2,775 nt of DNA from assembly GCA_000004985.1 (NCBI GenBank), contig GG739245.1. One strand, 5' to 3'. The position numbers were made by a program, and so were the translations under genes. Shown in pieces: positions 1 to 2,775 of the stretch (the stretch's first letter is position 1; every line of letters starts with the position of its first letter). Below the pieces are notes generated by a model, which ran no database searches, was not told where the DNA came from, and saw only the letters and a program-made list of their open reading frames with translations. Source of the DNA: Naegleria gruberi. Taxonomy: Eukaryota.

Positions 1-1087
1 CAATTTGAGTAGTAGACTTGTAATTAGTGATTCCTTCGATAGTTACAAATAGTCCATGAATGGTTTCTTGAATATTAGTGAATTTTGTTTGTTTCAATTT
101 TGAACCTTCTTGGTGTTGGCTCATTAATTCTTCTACAGTCAATGTCTGAAATAAATCAACACTTTTGTCTTTGTTAATATTGTAAAATTGTAATGTTTTT
201 CCATCATGTGAAATACAGGAAGCTAATATTGGTTGACAAATTGAAATTCTCTTAAAAAAATAACCATTAAAAGTGATATCATTCTTTTCAATATTTGAAA
301 TCAATTGAGCAACAACTTGAATCTCTGTCTTTCCATTTCTAATATCGGCTTCATCTCCATTCAACACAATCTCTTTCAAAATTGTTTCGGTTTTGTAATC
401 ATACACTACATACACATTCCTAAATCTCAATACCATACTATTTGCGAGAAAAATCAATGAATCACATCTTTTAGATTCAAATTTCTCCAAATTAAATCTT
501 TTTTCAAAAGATAGAAATAAAAAAGTCACTGGTAATTTTCTGTAAACTGTAAATCGAAATTCCTTTCCCCAAACAATACAAAAAGAATCGTCTAAACTTT
601 GTAAAGGAATTCTTCTTGTACAAGAAATCAATTCTCCTGTTTCTTTCTTTTGGAAAATGGAATTTCTTTCCTTTAGTGTAAAATCCAAATCAGATCCAGT
701 CTTCTGGAATGCGTTACCCTCAAATTTAATTGTCAGCTCTTTTCCTAAAGCTGAAAAACTGTATGAAAAGAGTTGCACAATAGAATTCGCACCTTCACCT
801 TGTAAACTTTTATCAATTACTGTTGAGTAATGAACAAGCAACATTCCTTTTTCTTCATGACATTCAATTTTTTGAATGGAACAAGTTTCGGGTGAATTTT
901 CTTGGAATAAATGTTGGTGGTGAAAAACTTCACTCCGATCATAGTGAAACCACAAAATAATTCCCATATTTGTTCCACAAATAACTTGCTGATATTTTGA
1001 ATCAAAGGTTGAACAAGTAATCGAGCCATGTTGTGCGGAATCAAAGTGAAAACATTGGCAAGTTTTCATTAGTGGACCTGATGTCAT
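1..1087 (-). CDS. 3'-truncated protein-coding gene (N-terminal 362 codons; ORF continues past position 1); hypothetical protein, possibly WD-like/beta-propeller N-terminus
   Basis: I reverse-complemented 1..1090 by hand. The frame whose first codon bases fall at p mod 3 = 1 has an ATG at 1087..1085, preceded by an in-frame TAA at 1093..1091. It has no stop down to position 2; every TTA/CTA/TCA on the plus strand falls out of frame. The start context is gtaaaaaATGa (A at -3, A-rich). Codon use is Caenorhabditis-like: Gly is GGA in 12 of 19 codons, Arg is mostly AGA, Pro is mostly CCA, and Gln is mostly CAA. The protein starts MTSGPLMKTCQCFHFDSAQHGSITCSTFDSKYQQVICGTNMGIILWFHYD... A 362-codon stop-free run is very unlikely by chance in DNA this AT-rich. 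The supplied ORF track missed it, apparently because it only lists ORFs with both ends inside the window. Function is not recognised. Confidence 0.72.
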   Translation of the reverse strand, partial: MTSGPLMKTCQCFHFDSAQHGSITCSTFDSKYQQVICGTNMGIILWFHYDRSEVFHHQHLFQENSPETCSIQKIECHEEKGMLLVHYSTVIDKSLQGEGANSIVQLFSYSFSALGKELTIKFEGNAFQKTGSDLDFTLKERNSIFQKKETGELISCTRRIPLQSLDDSFCIVWGKEFRFTVYRKLPVTFLFLSFEKRFNLEKFESKRCDSLIFLANSMVLRFRNVYVVYDYKTETILKEIVLNGDEADIRNGKTEIQVVAQLISNIEKNDITFNGYFFKRISICQPILASCISHDGKTLQFYNINKDKSVDLFQTLTVEELMSQHQEGSKLKQTKFTNIQETIHGLFVTIEGITNYKSTTQI

Positions 1088-1387
1088 TTTTTACTAATAA
1101 TTACAACGCGGTCACGTTTAATAAAAATCTTATTTTTGCACAGTTTGATGGAATTTATTTTTCATGTGTTTTCCATCCAAATAATAATAATAGTATTGAG
1201 AGCATTTTATCTCTAAACACAAATAAAAATTAATTACACAGATTTAGCATGCTCCAAAAACAAACTGTTTTGTTCCAAATATTTAATTATTCCATCTGTT
1301 ACTGCTTTCCCTCTTTATTTCACTTGAATCTTGGGTTGTTGGTGGTGTTGATGTTGGTTTCTCTGATGAAGGTTCTTCTTACATTTT

Positions 1388-1567
1388 TTAATATTTAAAA
1401 TTAATAAAAAATGTATTAAACTTCTCCTTCATCAAACGGGAGAAGAAATCAGCAACCATTAGAACCCGATTCATGTCCAATTCTTGCAACAACAATATTG
1501 ATATCGGATCACATATTTCAAGATCAACGACGAATGAACTTTTACTACTAGATTCATAGAAAACAAC
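1388..1567 (-). pseudogene. 59-codon minus-strand ORF, possibly a further degenerate RT fragment (region around the YxDD block)
   Basis: Its translation is VVFYESSSKSSFVVDLEICDPISILLLQELDMNRVLMVADFFSRLMKEKFNTFFINFKY*. It has only loose resemblance to the RT region FVxVYLDDILIFS...HLxxVLxRLxExxL (FVVDLEI; ELDMNRVL; SRLMKEKF). It is on the same strand as, and downstream of, the RT fragment at 2473-2775. Confidence 0.15.
1421..1445 (+). other. inverted repeat CTTCTCC-(11 nt)-GGAGAAG, potential 7-bp stem hairpin
   Basis: Bases 1421-1427 are the reverse complement of 1439-1445. It lies 13 nt downstream of a plus-strand AATAAA at 1403-1408. No function can be assigned. Confidence 0.4.
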
Positions 1568-1619
1568 CTAAGATTCAAGAACAATAATTTATTATTTTAA
1601 TAAAATACTTTTGTGTTTT

Positions 1620-1633
1620 CACAAATATTTGTG
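1620..1633. repeat. 14-bp perfect palindrome CACAAATATTTGTG; a related 12-bp palindrome CACAAATTTGTG lies at 1667-1678
   Basis: Self-complementary. It is part of a cluster of CACAAA/TTTGTG motifs just left of the inverted-repeat structure. Confidence 0.9.
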
Positions 1634-1654
1634 CAAGATAAAATGGTCTGTCTA

Positions 1655-1672
1655 CACAAACACAAACACAAA
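1655..1672 (+). repeat. (CACAAA)3 microsatellite
   Basis: Read directly from the sequence. Confidence 0.85.
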
Positions 1673-1685
1673 TTTGTGAAAATAT

Positions 1686-1705
1686 TTTAGCACAATTTAG
1701 CACAA
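1686..1705 (+). repeat. 2 x 10-bp perfect tandem repeat TTTAGCACAA
   Basis: Read directly from the sequence. It directly abuts the left terminus (1707) of the inverted-repeat structure. Confidence 0.85.
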
Positions 1706-1730
1706 ATAGACTTCCGGAAAAAGTTTTGCT

Positions 1731-1744
1731 AAAAGTCGACTTTT
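1731..1744. repeat. 14-bp perfect palindrome AAAAGTCGACTTTT (GTCGAC core)
   Basis: Self-complementary. It lies in the left arm, between the TTCCGGAA and GGCGCC motifs. Confidence 0.9.
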
Positions 1745-1769
1745 TTAAGGTACTTTCACGCTAATTTGC

Positions 1770-1802
1770 AAAAAGGCGCCTAAAAGGTGCCTAAAAGGTG
1801 CC
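1770..1802 (+). repeat. 3 x 11-bp tandem repeat AAAAAGGCGCC / TAAAAGGTGCC / TAAAAGGTGCC, followed by TTTTTT
   Basis: Read directly from the sequence. It is the left-arm counterpart of the single-copy palindrome at 2410-2427. Confidence 0.85.
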
Positions 1803-2409
1803 TTTTTTACCTAAAAACTACTTGAAACACATCCAAAGTTTGTTCAAGAAAATCTTGAGCAACTTTCAAACTGTTTTCAAACAATTCCTCAAGAATGATT
1901 AATTACTTCTCAACCAAATTCTCAAAACGTTCAAGTATTTGCTAAAAAAACCCCAAGGGCCCTCAAACTTCTGAACTCACTCTCTTTCTTAACTATATCC
2001 TTTTCCAAAAAATCCACCAATTCCTTAAGAGACCCAAGGTTTTTGAATGTCACCATCTCGGGTCACTGTAGTTTTGATGGATTTTTTTTCATCAATCACG
2101 AAATCTTTCGAAAGCTCTGGTCTTTTGGCATGATGATTGTTTTCTTTTTGATAAGGTTCAGGTTTTTTCTCTTTCTGGGTGGAGTGATGTTCAAATCAAA
2201 TCTCTTCCTCTTCCTCAACATCTTCCGTTCCATCAACAATAGAATCAGCAAGATTAGGGAACCTTTCAACTTCAGCAAATGCAGTAAAGAAAAGGTTGAC
2301 ATCAGGAAAAAGAAAGCTTCAATAAATGTGCAGGAAAGGTTTAAACATTTCTTGAATTATGCTCAAACAAATTTCAAAAATTGCTCAAACATTTTTCAAA
2401 CCACTTTTT

Positions 2410-2427
2410 TAAAAAGGCGCCTTTTTA
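2410..2427. repeat. 18-bp perfect palindrome TAAAAAGGCGCCTTTTTA (GGCGCC core, no loop)
   Basis: The sequence is its own reverse complement. It lies in the right arm of the inverted-repeat structure. Confidence 0.9.
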
Positions 2428-2472
2428 TTTCTTTTTGACTTTTCCGGAAGTCTAATGAATCTTAATAACTTA

Positions 2473-2775
2473 CTGTTTTTCACAATAAAAAAATAATGGA
2501 GAAATACGGGGTGGATTCACCGTCATTTCATGTAAACCACAGCAGCCAAGACTCCAAGTTTGCAATTTCGATAATGGCTGAAAATGCAAAAAATCAAAGA
2601 ACCGAAGAAGGGAATTTAAAATCACTAATTTTTGAAAAAGACGCGTCTTCGAGTCTGTGCTTATGCCATCGTTTATCTTTCTTAGGTCCAAGATAAACCT
2701 GTATTCGGCTGAACCTTTCTTTGGGACAACGTTGATAGGATTTAGAACTGGATTTAAAGAATAGGTTATAATTGG
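2473..2775 (-). mobile_element. degenerate reverse-transcriptase fragment (LTR-retrotransposon/retrovirus-type pol, RT domains 1-3), relic; runs off right window edge
   Basis: The minus-strand frame p mod 3 = 0 is open from 2775 to the TAA at 2472..2470. Its translation is [101 protein letters not shown]. [28 protein letters not shown] matches the conserved RT domain-1 pattern, as in [35 protein letters not shown] sits where LDLxSGYHQ is expected. [18 protein letters not shown] sits where KTAFxTxxGxYEFxVMPFGLxNAP is expected, with the MPFGL block deleted. Local GC is higher than in the flanks. The deletions, substitutions and terminal stop make it a nonfunctional relic. These comparisons are against motifs recalled from memory, not a database search. 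Confidence 0.55.
2474..2577 (-). other. candidate 104-nt exon (exonised segment of the RT relic) bracketed by a canonical nematode 3' splice site TTTTCAG and 5' splice site GTAAGTT
   Basis: On the minus strand, TTTTCAG is at 2584..2578 and GTAAGTT at 2473..2467. The intervening 104 nt are open in the RT-like frame. Each 7-mer is expected about 0.6 times per window by chance, so this is weak evidence. Confidence 0.2.

Larger units (their letters stand above)
1707..2454. repeat. inverted-repeat (foldback/MITE-like) structure; left arm ~1707-1900, right arm ~2335-2454, ~435-bp interior
   Basis: Left terminus TAGACTTCCGGAAAAAG (1707-1723) matches the reverse complement of the right terminus GACTTTTCCGGAAGTCTA (2437-2454) over 15 consecutive bases. 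Both arms then carry an AAAAAGGCGCC...TTTTT motif (1770-1808 and 2410-2427). Further in, related segments are found: left cttgagcaactttcaaactgttttcaaacaattcctcaagaatg versus reverse-complemented right gtttgagcaatttttgaaatttgtttgagcataattcaagaaatg, about 65-70% identity with indels. TA dinucleotides sit immediately outside both termini. The left arm is longer because of extra spacer sequence plus an 11-bp triplication. Confidence 0.4.

Noticed and set aside
817-1233. Track ORFs 817..1044 (-) and 1033..1233 (+).
   Set aside because: Both start on non-ATG codons (TTG at 1044, GTG at 1033). One is out of frame with, and the other antisense to, the 362-codon ORF. They are low-complexity by-products of the real gene's sequence.
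1964-2046. Short matches to the nematode SL1 leader: AAGTTTGAG on the minus strand at 1972..1964 and ACCCAAGgTTTtTGA at 2032-2046.
   Set aside because: They are 9-mer or gapped partial matches. No full 22-nt leader or downstream Sm-site structure is present, so these are chance matches.
1806-2056. Minus-strand open stretches with protein-like translations (MVTFKNLGSLKELVDFLEKDIVKKESEFRSLRALGVFLANT; ILEELFENSLKVAQDFLEQTLDVFQ) and a GTGAGTT donor-like site at 1980..1974.
   Set aside because: They are 30-40 codons and not significant at this AT content. They have no consistent exon phase with any acceptor and they lie within the repeat arms.
2043-2438. Track ORFs 2043..2438 (+, 131 aa) and 2096..2302 (-, 68 aa) inside the inverted-repeat structure.
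   Set aside because: The plus ORF has a TTG start and is extremely F/L/K-rich and low-complexity. Its frame reads straight through the repeat-arm motifs and ends in the TTCCGGAA palindrome. The minus ORF is a K/R-rich read-through of a purine-rich tract. Neither resembles a transposase or any protein.
1709-2452. TTCcgGAA read as a heat-shock element, or the A-run/GC-palindrome/T-run motifs read as bidirectional rho-independent terminators.
   Set aside because: Only two contiguous nGAAn units are present, and an HSE needs three or more. The palindromes have no loop, so they cannot form terminator hairpins. The sequence is evidently eukaryotic.
2470-2691. Track ORF 2470..2691 (-) taken as a discrete 73-aa gene.
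   Set aside because: Its start is a TTG artefact. The frame is actually open to the window edge (2775) and is the RT relic described above, not a small independent gene.
2496-2696. Track ORF 2496..2696 (+) with a good aaaaataATGg start context.
   Set aside because: It lies exactly antisense to the frame that shows reverse-transcriptase motifs. The minus-strand reading explains the locally raised GC and the open frame better. This cannot be fully excluded without expression data.
1-2775. Giant-virus interpretation (AT-rich, intronless long ORF, palindromes as the Mimivirus-style hairpin rule) or a prokaryotic defence or CRISPR locus.
   Set aside because: Coding density is far too low: about 1.4 kb has no credible ORF. 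Codon bias and exact TTTTCAG/GTAAGTT signals point to a nematode. There are no direct-repeat/spacer arrays and no prokaryotic-style operon.

Overview
The window is AT-rich and looks like nematode (Caenorhabditis-like) nuclear DNA. This is inferred from the AAAAATG start context, canonical TTTTCAG and GTAAGTT splice signals, and a GGA/CCA/AGA/CAA codon bias. Three things dominate it. (1) A 362-codon minus-strand ORF is missing from the supplied ORF track. It starts at the ATG at 1087..1085 and runs stop-free off the left edge, so it is the N-terminal part of a real but unidentified protein-coding gene. (2) A roughly 750-bp inverted-repeat structure spans 1707-2454. Both arms carry, in the same order, a TTCCGGAA-core palindrome and an AAAAAGGCGCC(TTTTT) palindrome, and short tandem repeats and further A-run/GC-core/T-run palindromes sit inside and beside it. 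(3) At the right edge, on the minus strand, an open frame encodes a recognisable but degenerate reverse-transcriptase fragment (domains 1-3). It lacks the MPFGL block and stops at 2470, about 16 bp from the right end of the inverted-repeat structure. This suggests a retroelement relic disrupted by a later insertion. All complete ORFs in the supplied track look spurious: they use TTG/GTG starts, are low-complexity, or lie antisense to or out of frame with better features. I found no prokaryotic-style system, CRISPR array, tRNA or rRNA. I did not recognise a gene symbol for any feature.
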